From the NCBI GenBank assembly GCA_000442015.1, contig KE561022.1, forward strand, positions 1 to 64,000: a DNA stretch of 64,000 nt, written 5' to 3'. This DNA is from Rozella allomycis CSF55 (taxonomy: Eukaryota). The stretch's first letter is position 1. Every line of letters starts with the position of its first letter. A model generated the notes under the pieces. That model did no database searches, was not told where the DNA came from, and was given only the letters and a program-made list of their open reading frames with translations. A program made the translations under genes and the position numbers. This document shows positions 63,908 through 64,000 of this stretch, in pieces.

Positions 63908-64000
63908 ATACTTAAAAAAGTATCACTTGTTATTTTAAGAGAATTCAAATTAGTTTATTAGTAGATGTTTTATGTTAACAAATTGTAAGTGTCAAGTTTA

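Overview
This is an AT-rich, very gene-dense eukaryotic nuclear window with about 40 protein genes and 4 complete tRNA genes, interrupted throughout by ~24-32 nt GT-AG introns. Gene content (flagellar/centriolar CCDC146-, TEX49- and CCDC112-like genes, CRIB-containing WASP, the opisthokont EF-1alpha insertion, head-to-head RPL13/RPS16) points to a zoosporic, early-diverging fungus or fungal relative. A Rozella-like organism fits, but that is inference. Most genes are housekeeping: SAM50, TRM8, TAF6, CDC20, MRD1, RBBP5, DIM1, SF3B6, FIG4, V-ATPase a and eIF1A. Accessory elements include an F-box/ankyrin gene, secreted LRR and J-domain proteins, and a non-LTR retrotransposon relic. The strongest oddities are: (1) a tRNA-Pro gene with an 8-nt, all-G anticodon loop resembling a +1 frameshift-suppressor tRNA; (2) apparently length-defined micro-introns with frequent AAG acceptors; (3) a recurrent ACCC(C/T)(G/T)G element just upstream of start codons; (4) a divergent EF-1alpha paralog with altered G-boxes; (5) N-flanked duplications that look like unmerged alleles. 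Exon boundaries were read by eye and some gene ends are approximate.
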